Assembly (NCBI GenBank): GCA_902496295.1
Contig: CABVAF010000003.1
Span: forward strand, 3,356 to 67,355
From: an uncultured Clostridium sp.
Lineage (GTDB): Bacteria > Bacillota > Clostridia > TANB77 > CAG-508
Reading direction: 5' to 3'
Length of the DNA: 64,000 bases
Shown: piece by piece, positions 53,304-62,218 of the stretch
How positions within the stretch are numbered: position 1 is the stretch's first letter
Layout: each line of letters begins with the position of its first letter
Position numbers and translations under genes: made by a program
The notes under the pieces: generated by a model
Told to the model about the DNA's origin: nothing
Databases searched by the model: none
Seen by the model: only the letters and a program-made list of their open reading frames with translations

Positions 53304-53385
53304 TGTCAAAAAATATTTTTTTGTTCACAATATAGACATAATAAATAGTTATAATATATAATAATTATGTGTTATGGAGGTAAAT

Positions 53386-54063
53386 ATGGGCGATATAACT
53401 ATATTAGTTGTAGATGATGAATCAAGAATGAGAAAATTAATAAAAGATTTTTTAAGTCAAAAACAATTTAAAATACTAGAAGCTGCAGATGGAGAAGAGG
53501 CATTGAGAGTTTTTGAAGAAAATCAAAATGCTATAAATTTAATTTTATTAGATGTAATGATGCCAAAATTAGATGGTTGGTCTGTTTTAAGACAGATAAG
53601 GCAAACTTCTAAAGTACCAATAGTTATGCTAACGGCAAGAGGAGAGGAACAAGATGAATTATTTGGGTTTGAATTAGGCGTAGATGAGTATATTTCTAAG
53701 CCATTTAGCCCTAAGATATTGGTTGCAAGAGTTGAAGCAATACTAAAAAGAACTAAGGGAGAAGAAAGCAAAATAATAGATTATGGTGGAATTATTATAG
53801 ATACAGAAGGAAGAACAGTAAAGGTTGACGGAAAAGAAATAGAAATGAGCTTAAGAGAGTATGAATTATTAAAATATTTAATGGATAATGCAAGTATTGC
53901 TTTATCTAGAGATAAAATATTAAATAATGTATGGAATTATGATTATTATGGAGATTCTAGAACAATAGATAGTCATATAAAGAAAATAAGACATAAGCTT
54001 GGTAAAAAAGGAAAATACATAGAAACTATTAGAGGCGTTGGCTATAAATTTGAGGTAAAATAA
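53386..54063 (+). CDS. OmpR-family response regulator
   Basis: Receiver domain (LVVDDE...LLDVMMP) plus winged-helix output domain. Confidence 0.85.
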   Translation: MGDITILVVDDESRMRKLIKDFLSQKQFKILEAADGEEALRVFEENQNAINLILLDVMMPKLDGWSVLRQIRQTSKVPIVMLTARGEEQDELFGFELGVDEYISKPFSPKILVARVEAILKRTKGEESKIIDYGGIIIDTEGRTVKVDGKEIEMSLREYELLKYLMDNASIALSRDKILNNVWNYDYYGDSRTIDSHIKKIRHKLGKKGKYIETIRGVGYKFEVK

Positions 54064-54077
54064 TAAGAGGATTTATA

Positions 54078-55607
54078 ATGGATAGGTTAAGAGAAAAGCT
54101 AAAATCTGTAAGATTTAAATTATTTTTAATAATGTGTGTTGTTATAATTTTTATAATACTATGCTTAATATTAGTAAATAGTGTGGTTTTGGAGACCTTT
54201 TATATGTATTCAAAAACAAATACTGTAAGGGCAGTTTATAGTAGAATTAATGATTATTATTCATCAAGTAATTCTACTATAAATTTGGACGAAGAATTAA
54301 AAAACATTGCATTTAAAAATAATTTTGATATCGTAATTCAAGCAGATAATAATATTATAGTATTTTCTACAAATAGGGATTTTATAAGTTCTATAGACCA
54401 AGTAATGGAAACAGAATCTACAAGTAGCCAAGATCAAACAAATATTATTTATAAAGATAAAGATATGACAATAAGAAAAGTAGTAAATAGTAATAGTTCT
54501 ATGAATTACATACTTTTAAGTGGAAATTTAGTAAATGATTATAAATTGTATATAAGAATTCCAATTGCACCAATAGAAGAGAGTGTTAGAATTTCTAACA
54601 ATGTATTAATATTTATTGCATGTATAACTATAATAGTTTCTGGAATTATTGCATCAATTATTTCAAAAAAATTTACAGATCCTATTTTGGAATTAAATAG
54701 TATAACAAATAGAATGGCGAAGCTAGATTTCAGTCAAAAATATGTAGCAAAAGATACAGATGATGAAATTAATGAATTAGGAAAGAACATTAATACAATG
54801 TCAAATAAGTTAGAAACTATTATAAATCAACTTAGAGATAACAACATAGAGCTAGAAAAAGATATTGAAGAAAAGTCAAAAATAGATGAGATGAGAAAGC
54901 AATTTATATCTGATGTATCACATGAGCTAAAAACGCCTATAGCATTAATTCAAGGGTATGCAGAAGGGTTAGTTGAAAACGTAACAACAGATGATGAGTC
55001 TAGAAAATTTTATGCAGAAGTTATTTTAGATGAGTCAAATAAAATGGACAAGTTAGTAAAACAGTTGTTAGAACTTATGAAACTAGAATATGGAAAAAGA
55101 GAGTTTACTAATGAAAGATTTAATTTAATAGAGCTTATTAATGAAGTTATTAGAAAATGTGATGTAATGCTTAAAGAAAATGGCATTACTATAAGCTTTA
55201 AGCAGGAGGACCCTATATACATTTATGCAGACGAATTTTATATAGATCAAGCCGTAACAAATTATTTTACAAATGCTATAAAGCATGCTGAAGAAAAGAA
55301 TGGTAAAAAGGAAATAGAAATAAGAGTAGAAAAGTTAGAAAACCAAGATAAAGTAAGATTATATGTTTATAATACTGGAGAACATATAGCACAAGAGGAC
55401 TTAGAAAGAATTTGGAAAAGATTTTATAAAGTAGACACATCTAGAAATAGAGAAAATGGTGGAACTGGAATAGGTTTAGCCTTAGTTAAAGCTATAATGA
55501 ATAACTATAAGAATGAATATGGTGTTACAAACAAAGAAGATGGAGTAGAATTCTATTTTGATTTAGATTTAGACTTGAGCAATGAAAATGAGAAAAAACT
55601 TTACTAA
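54078..55607 (+). CDS. sensor histidine kinase
   Basis: Two TM helices, HAMP, H-box SHELKTP, and N/G boxes. Confidence 0.85.
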   Translation: MDRLREKLKSVRFKLFLIMCVVIIFIILCLILVNSVVLETFYMYSKTNTVRAVYSRINDYYSSSNSTINLDEELKNIAFKNNFDIVIQADNNIIVFSTNRDFISSIDQVMETESTSSQDQTNIIYKDKDMTIRKVVNSNSSMNYILLSGNLVNDYKLYIRIPIAPIEESVRISNNVLIFIACITIIVSGIIASIISKKFTDPILELNSITNRMAKLDFSQKYVAKDTDDEINELGKNINTMSNKLETIINQLRDNNIELEKDIEEKSKIDEMRKQFISDVSHELKTPIALIQGYAEGLVENVTTDDESRKFYAEVILDESNKMDKLVKQLLELMKLEYGKREFTNERFNLIELINEVIRKCDVMLKENGITISFKQEDPIYIYADEFYIDQAVTNYFTNAIKHAEEKNGKKEIEIRVEKLENQDKVRLYVYNTGEHIAQEDLERIWKRFYKVDTSRNRENGGTGIGLALVKAIMNNYKNEYGVTNKEDGVEFYFDLDLDLSNENEKKLY

Positions 55608-55933
55608 TACTTCAAAATTCATTCATAAAATGGTCATAAATAAAATGTAAAATAAAATCATATTAAGAAAGGAGGAGATAAGAAAAAGATGAATAAAGAA
55701 AATAGCATTATAAATTTATAAAGGAGGAATGCTATGATAAATTAATTTTAAATAAGATGATAGACACAAATGTATAAAATAATAGATTTGTATATATAAA
55801 AAAAGGAGTGCGATGCCTATAAGCAAATAAGAATAGAATAAAAATAATATAAGATATGAATGTAAATTATTAGATAATAATAACCCCATAAAATGTTATA
55901 TAGATAATTACCCTTAAATGAGATATAGATAAG

Positions 55934-55975
55934 AAGGAATGGCTAGGAATCTTAAGTACAGCCATTTCTTTTTTT
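55934..55975 (+). terminator. hairpin plus T-run in the HK-ABC intergenic leader
   Basis: AATGGCT...AGCCATT stem followed by TCTTTTTTT. Confidence 0.5.
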
Positions 55976-56137
55976 GCTTAATAAAACTTATACTTGTAAA
56001 ATTTATATAAAATATAAGCTGAAAATTTAAATTCACAAAACCCTTAATAAAAACTTAATGATTTAACCAATTTTTTCTTAATAAATTATATGGTATTATA
56101 AATTCATAAAATAAAGTTTATTTAAGGAGGAGATAAT

Positions 56138-57043
56138 GTGGGAGATGTAGTACTTAAGTGTGAGCATTTGCACAAACATTTTGGTAAAAAAGAAATACTA
56201 AAAGATGTTTCTTTAGAATTAGAAAAAGGAGATGTTTTAGGTTTTATAGGTCCTAATGGCGCAGGAAAAACAACAACAATCAAACTTATATTAGGGCTTC
56301 AAAGCATTACCAGTGGAAGTGTTAATATAAATGGATATGATATAGCTTCTAACTTTACAAAAGCAATAGAAAAAGTAGGGGCAATAGTTGAAAATCCAGA
56401 TTTATATATGTACTTAACAGGATATGAAAACTTAAAACTTATAGCTAATTTATATAAAGGCGTTGGAAAAGCTAGAATAGATGAAGTCGTAAAATTAGTG
56501 AAGCTAGAAAATAGGATAAATGATAAAGTATCTAAATATTCTTTAGGAATGAGACAAAGACTTGGTATTGCTCAAGCAATATTGCACAAACCAAATTTAT
56601 TAATTTTAGATGAGCCAACAAATGGATTAGATCCTGAAGGAATAAAAGAAATAAGAGAACTCTTAAAAGAACTTGCAGAAAAAGAAAAAATGGCAGTTTT
56701 AATATCTAGTCATAACCTTTTGGAATTAGAGACTTTTTGTAACAAAATTTGTATTATAAAAAATGGAAAAGTAATGGAAACAAATAGAATTGAAGATGTA
56801 AAAAATGTTGCGAAAAGTGGATATGTAATAGAAGTTGATAATACAGAAATGTTAAGTAAAATGTTTAAGAATGTAACAATTATAGATAATAAAACATTTA
56901 AAGTTGAAGCAGACAAAGAAGAGATACCAAATATAGTAAGAAGACTTGTAGAAAATGATGTAAAAATTTACTCTGTAAGCGAGGAGAAAATTTCACTAGA
57001 AGATGCATTCTTAAAAAAGACAGGGGGTAATGTAATTGATTAG
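56138..57043 (+). CDS. ABC transporter ATP-binding protein
   Basis: Walker A GPNGAGKTT, signature LGMRQR and Walker B LLILDEPT. GTG start with AAGGAGGAG RBS. Confidence 0.85.
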   Translation: MGDVVLKCEHLHKHFGKKEILKDVSLELEKGDVLGFIGPNGAGKTTTIKLILGLQSITSGSVNINGYDIASNFTKAIEKVGAIVENPDLYMYLTGYENLKLIANLYKGVGKARIDEVVKLVKLENRINDKVSKYSLGMRQRLGIAQAILHKPNLLILDEPTNGLDPEGIKEIRELLKELAEKEKMAVLISSHNLLELETFCNKICIIKNGKVMETNRIEDVKNVAKSGYVIEVDNTEMLSKMFKNVTIIDNKTFKVEADKEEIPNIVRRLVENDVKIYSVSEEKISLEDAFLKKTGGNVID

Positions 57044-58505
57044 ATTAATAAAAAATGAGCTAGTAAAAATATTTAAAAAGAAAAGCTTTTATATTGTTAT
57101 GTTATTAACATTGGCGTTTATAATAGGAGCCAACATAATAATGAAAAACATTTCAAATCAAGATTATACAATTTATTATGGTAATTTAGATGAACAAATA
57201 GCTTCTATGGAAAAAGAACTTAAAGAGTTAAATCCTCAAAATGAAGCAGATAAGCCACAATATATTGACTACAAATCAAGCTTAGAAACATATAAATTAA
57301 TAAAAAAATATGGAGTAAATTCGTGGCAGTTTTCAATTATTCAATCTAAGTTAAATCCATATTTAAGAGATTTAGCTACATATGATACAATGAAGAATAA
57401 AGATGAAGTAGCATATGAAAAAACTCTAGAAGAGTATAACACACTAATTTCGAGATTAGATAAAGATGACTGGCAATCTTTTGCAAAAGAGGATTTAGAA
57501 GATTCTAAAATACAAATAGAAGAACAGAAAAAAATAAAAGAGGAAACTAAAAATGAGAGTCAATTAGTTTCAGCAGAAAAAATGATAAGATATTTAGAGA
57601 CTCAAAAACAAGTTCTAGAATGGAGACTAGAAAAAAATATTAGTTATGAGCCTGGATATTATAATAACTTAATAGATAGGTATTATAATGAAACTATTAA
57701 TATTATAGATTATGAAACATCTGTAGGAAAAACAGAAGATGTACTAATGAAACAAGACTATTATGATAGTCTTGAAAGAGCAAATAAAGCTAAATATGAT
57801 ATTGAAAACAATACTAATACAGAGTATGAAAATAATGCCAGAGGAATATTAGTAAACTTCTTTTCTCAATACGAAATATTTATTGTTATAATAATAGTAA
57901 TGATAGCTGGAACAATTGTAAGTGAAGAGTTTAATAAAGGAACTGTTAAATTATTACTTATAAGACCATATAAAAGAACAACAATACTTACTTCTAAATT
58001 TATTACATGTTTAATTATGCTTGCAATTGTAATAATTTCAATAATGTTAATGCAATTTGTAGTAGGTGGCGTAGTATTTGGATTTGATAGTTTATCTGTT
58101 CCGGTTATAGAATATGACTTTAATTTGCATTCAATTCAAGAAATGAATGTAGCAAATTATATGTTGTTGCAGACTGTTGGAAAACTTCCTATATATGTAT
58201 TACTAATGACATTATCATTTGCACTTAGTACATTATTTAATAATAGTGCAGTTGCAATAACATTAACTTTATTAGGATATATGGGGTCTTCTATGATAAA
58301 TATGATAGGACTACAATTAGAATTAGACTGGATAAGATATTTTGTTACACCTAACTGGGATTTGACGCAGCATTTCTTTGGAGGGCTTCCAATGTATGAA
58401 GGTACAACGCTTGAATTTTCAATAGTGATAAATGCAATATACTTTATAATTATGCTAATACCAACATATATTGTATTTAAAAAGAGAAATATAAAGAATA
58501 TATAA
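57036..58505 (+). CDS. ABC-2 permease with large N-terminal extracytoplasmic domain
   Basis: 489 aa. One N-terminal TM helix, a soluble domain of roughly 250 aa, then 5 TM helices. Start overlaps the ATPase stop. Confidence 0.65.
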   Translation: MIRLIKNELVKIFKKKSFYIVMLLTLAFIIGANIIMKNISNQDYTIYYGNLDEQIASMEKELKELNPQNEADKPQYIDYKSSLETYKLIKKYGVNSWQFSIIQSKLNPYLRDLATYDTMKNKDEVAYEKTLEEYNTLISRLDKDDWQSFAKEDLEDSKIQIEEQKKIKEETKNESQLVSAEKMIRYLETQKQVLEWRLEKNISYEPGYYNNLIDRYYNETINIIDYETSVGKTEDVLMKQDYYDSLERANKAKYDIENNTNTEYENNARGILVNFFSQYEIFIVIIIVMIAGTIVSEEFNKGTVKLLLIRPYKRTTILTSKFITCLIMLAIVIISIMLMQFVVGGVVFGFDSLSVPVIEYDFNLHSIQEMNVANYMLLQTVGKLPIYVLLMTLSFALSTLFNNSAVAITLTLLGYMGSSMINMIGLQLELDWIRYFVTPNWDLTQHFFGGLPMYEGTTLEFSIVINAIYFIIMLIPTYIVFKKRNIKNI

Positions 58506-58531
58506 TAAGAATAATATATGTAACAATAATA

Positions 58532-58567
58532 CAAAGACTTTAGTTATTTAAATAGCTAAAGTCTTTG
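58532..58567. terminator. bidirectional terminator between ABC permease and yabG
   Basis: CAAAGACTTTAG...CTAAAGTCTTTG perfect stem. Confidence 0.7.
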
Positions 58568-59128
58568 TGCCTTTTTCCTTTTGTACCAATACCACTAATG
58601 CCTCTTTGACCGTCACGAAGTTCGTCCTCAAAGTCACGAATAGTAACAAATTTAGAATTGTCTGTTATAGCAATGGTTTGGGCAACAATTAAAGGGTCAA
58701 CAAAATCAATTAAAATTCTAGCGGGAGATGAAGCAAAATTAGCTCCTGCTAAAATTAAACCTTCATAATAACTTTGACATGCTCCTGCAAATATGGCTAA
58801 ATGATTATTTGGAGTGTCAAATTCTCTAGCGTTTTCAACACATTTTATAAAGTATTTTGAATTTCTATAATTGTATAAATCATTGTAATTAGTACCGTTT
58901 TTTTATCATTCCATCATGACCGGTTACAACTAGAATATCTGGATTATATTTTTTTAGTAAATTTTTTACGACTAAGGGCTGTCTGTATTCTGGAACATAT
59001 TTAACAACTGCTTCTAGGCCAGCCTTTTTATAATATAAACTAGATTTATCTGTGTATCTTTTATCACCATCTAAGTGTAAAATTTTACCGGTATGAATTA
59101 TGGTACAGTAATTTGTCCATATAATCAC
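58540..59128 (-). pseudogene. yabG: sporulation-specific protease YabG, interrupted by a +1 frameshift in an A7 run (minus strand, nt 58898-58904)
   Basis: N-part 58889..59128 reads ...LHLDGD...DILVVTGHDGMIKK. C-part continues in the -1 frame with ...NYNDLYNYRNSK...AIFAGACQSYYEGLILAGANFASSP. Removing one A restores GHDGMIKNGTNYND. Confidence 0.6.
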
Positions 59129-59305
59129 CTCATATAAGCTGACTTACAATATAATATGTCGACTTTTGTAAGATGGTTACATTAAAAAAATAATGTAAAA
59201 TTGCTATTTGTTATAGTTATGAAACATAATTGTAACATAAATGTAATATAAGGCTATACAAGCTCAAAATACTGTTATAGAAGCATTTTAGAAGGATTTA
59301 TAATT

Positions 59306-59334
59306 TTGACAATTAATGTCGCAAATGGTATAAT
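59306..59334 (+). promoter_or_regulatory. veg promoter, perfect sigma-A consensus
   Basis: TTGACA, a 17-nt spacer, then TG-n-TATAAT. Confidence 0.8.
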
Positions 59335-59363
59335 CTAGCTATATTTTAGAAGTAGGTGATAAA

Positions 59364-59660
59364 ATGATTTGCCCAAATGATATTGCAACACTAAAGACAG
59401 ATATCAATGAAAAAATAGGACAAAAGATAATAGTAAAAGGTTCCTTAGGGAGAAGTAAATCGTTTGAGAAAGAAGCTACTATACAAAAAGCATATCCAAG
59501 TCTTTTTGTTATAAAATATACAGAAGAAGATAGAAATGTAAGTTACAGTTATACAGATATTTTAACAAGAACTGTTGAAGTAGATGTTTTTAATGGAGAG
59601 GGTTATAGTCCATTATTTGTACCTTCAGAAGAAATGAAAAAGAAAAAAGCAATAGTATAA
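59364..59660 (+). CDS. veg: Veg (biofilm/sporulation-associated small protein)
   Basis: 98 aa containing GRSKSFEKEATIQKAYPSLFVI...VSYSYTDILT. Confidence 0.8.
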   Translation: MICPNDIATLKTDINEKIGQKIIVKGSLGRSKSFEKEATIQKAYPSLFVIKYTEEDRNVSYSYTDILTRTVEVDVFNGEGYSPLFVPSEEMKKKKAIV

Positions 59661-59754
59661 TAAAATAATTTAATCTACTAAATTCCTAGAAATAGGAATT
59701 TTTTTTTATGTCCATAAATATATATTAACTATCAGAATTTAAGGAGGGATAAAA

Positions 59755-61287
59755 ATGGCTATTGAAACAGTAAAAGATAGCTTATGTGTAAATCAAGTAA
59801 TATCACAGAAGACTAATAATTTTATTATAGAAGATGATGTAATAGTTCCAGATATAAAGCCAGATATTATAAATGCAGTAAGTACAAGTGGTACAGTATG
59901 TATTTATAAAAAAGAAATTTCAAGTGGAAAAGTAAAAGTAGAGGGGAAAATAGATACATATATAATGTATTTAGCAGACACAGAAGATGGGTATATAAGA
60001 AGTTTAAATACAAATTTAGAATTTTCTCAAAGTTTTAATATACCAGAAGCACAAGATGGAATGGACTTAAATTTAGACCTAAACGTAAGAAGCATAGATT
60101 GTAAAGTATTAAACGGAAGAAAAATAAATTTAAGAGCAATTATTGATGCAAATATTGTTATATCTGCAAATGAGAATGTTGATTTTATAAAACAAATTGG
60201 AAATGTAGGAGATGTACAAATTTTAAATAAGACTTTTAATATAAATTCGCTTGTTGGAAGCGGAGAGACAAAAACTTATGCAAAAGACACCGTTAAATTA
60301 AATGAGACGGATAATTTGGCAGAAATAATGAAATGTAATTTTAGAATTCTAAATAAAGATGTAAAAATTAGCTATAATAAAGTTTTAGTAAAATCGGATT
60401 TAGAAGCTAAAATACTATATTTAACAGATGATAATAGAATAAATACAGTAGAAACAATAATTCCTGTTATGGGATTTATAGATGTACAAGATATAAACGA
60501 GGAGAATATATGTGATGTAAAATATGAAATATGCAATGTAGTAATAGAGCCAAAGAGTGTAGAAGAACATGCAATTTATATAGAAGTTGAAATAAAAATA
60601 CATGGAGAAGCATACCAAAATAAAGAGCTAAATGTAATACAAGATTTATATAGTCCAAGTGTTGAACTTAATTTTACACAGAAGCAAATTCAAGCTATGC
60701 AAACTAAGAAAACATTGCAAGATACATGTAGTATAAGAGATAAGCAAATAATTCCGGAAATGCATGGTGGAAAAATTTACGATGTAGATGTCATGCCTTT
60801 TATTTTAAAACAGAGTGTATCTAATAATAAAATATTATATGAAGGAGAAGTTAAGCTAAATTTTGTATATTCAGTAAATAATTTCTCAGGAGTTGACACA
60901 AGAGAAATAGTTTTACCTTTTAATTTTTCTATGCAAAGTGATGATATAGATACAAATACAAATATAGACACAGGAATAGAGGTTGGACTTCAAAACTTTG
61001 TAGTAACATCTGATGAAAGTATAGATATAAAGGTAGATCTTATTTTTAAAGTTTCTATGTCTAATAATTCAAGAATCAATGTTATAGATGGTGTAGAAGT
61101 AGATGAAAGCAAAAATGTTTATAAATATAGTATGGTAATATATTTTGTAAAGCCTGGAGATAGTTTGTGGAAGATAGCAAAAAAATTTGGAAGTACAGTT
61201 TCAGCAATAGCAGAAGTAAATAATATAGAACAAGTAGACAATATTTTGGTAGGTCAACAATTATTTATTCCAAGGTATAATGGCTAA
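59755..61287 (+). CDS. SipL/SpoVID-like spore morphogenetic protein (DUF3794 repeats plus C-terminal LysM)
   Basis: LysM motif YFVKPGDSLWKIAKKFGSTVSAIAEVNNI at the C-terminus. Sits next to yabG as in Clostridia. Confidence 0.55.
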   Translation: MAIETVKDSLCVNQVISQKTNNFIIEDDVIVPDIKPDIINAVSTSGTVCIYKKEISSGKVKVEGKIDTYIMYLADTEDGYIRSLNTNLEFSQSFNIPEAQDGMDLNLDLNVRSIDCKVLNGRKINLRAIIDANIVISANENVDFIKQIGNVGDVQILNKTFNINSLVGSGETKTYAKDTVKLNETDNLAEIMKCNFRILNKDVKISYNKVLVKSDLEAKILYLTDDNRINTVETIIPVMGFIDVQDINEENICDVKYEICNVVIEPKSVEEHAIYIEVEIKIHGEAYQNKELNVIQDLYSPSVELNFTQKQIQAMQTKKTLQDTCSIRDKQIIPEMHGGKIYDVDVMPFILKQSVSNNKILYEGEVKLNFVYSVNNFSGVDTREIVLPFNFSMQSDDIDTNTNIDTGIEVGLQNFVVTSDESIDIKVDLIFKVSMSNNSRINVIDGVEVDESKNVYKYSMVIYFVKPGDSLWKIAKKFGSTVSAIAEVNNIEQVDNILVGQQLFIPRYNG

Positions 61288-61987
61288 AAATGATACAAAA
61301 ATTTATACTAGACATAGAATTAAGCTGCCAAAGATAACAGAGGACAAAAACAAAAGAAAAGTTTTAAAAATTTTAATAATATTGGTAATTGCGACTATTG
61401 TAGTAAGAACAATACTTCTTAGTGTAAGTCCAATAATAGAAGAAAGATGCAAAACAAGTGCAAAATCCATTGCAACAAAAATATCTAACGAACAAGCTAC
61501 AAAAGTAATGGCAAATTATACATATGATGACTTAATAAATATAATAAAAGATGAGAGTGGAAATATAAAAATGATAGGAACAAATATAATTTCTGTAAAT
61601 GAAATTATATCGGATATTCCAATAAAAATACAAGAAGATCTTGAAAAAAGTGAGAATAATAACTTTAATATAAAATTGGGAAGTTTTCTTGGTAGCAAAA
61701 TATTTTCTGGAATGGGACCAGACATAAATATAAAAATACAGTTGGATGGAACTGTTGAAACAGATTTAAAGTCAGAATTCATATCACAGGGGATAAACCA
61801 AACTTTGCATAGAATATATCTAGATGTTGTGTGCAGAGTAAATATTCTTACGCCATTTAATGTAATTAGTGAAGAAATAAGAAATCAAGTGCTGTTAGTA
61901 GAAGGAATAATTGCAGGTGAGATTCCGCAAAGTTATTATAATTTAGAGGGACTAAAAAATGAAGATGCCGTTGAGATTATAAATTAA
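61280..61987 (+). CDS. YunB-like sporulation protein
   Basis: Basic N-terminus, TM helix, YunB-like core (DDLINIIKDESGNIKMIGTN; LGSFLGS). Start overlaps the upstream stop. Confidence 0.5.
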   Translation: MAKNDTKIYTRHRIKLPKITEDKNKRKVLKILIILVIATIVVRTILLSVSPIIEERCKTSAKSIATKISNEQATKVMANYTYDDLINIIKDESGNIKMIGTNIISVNEIISDIPIKIQEDLEKSENNNFNIKLGSFLGSKIFSGMGPDINIKIQLDGTVETDLKSEFISQGINQTLHRIYLDVVCRVNILTPFNVISEEIRNQVLLVEGIIAGEIPQSYYNLEGLKNEDAVEIIN

Positions 61988-62218
61988 TTAAAAATGTTAA
62001 GATTTATAAGTTAATAGGGGATAAAAATAGCTTATAAAGTATAAAAATAATTTAATAAAGCATTTTATTGTGCGAAAAAAAGTATTTTACTTAATATAAT
62101 TAAGTAGAGTACTTTTTATTTATAAACTGAACAATGGTTACAATACATTTACATATAATTGAGTTTATGATAATATAGTACATAATTAATTATTAATTTT
62201 AGAAAGGATAATAATAAA

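Noticed and set aside
52778-53305. Retron-like ncRNA (flanking inverted repeats)
   Set aside because: No reverse transcriptase nearby. The region contains a well-formed 128-aa ORF with its own RBS.
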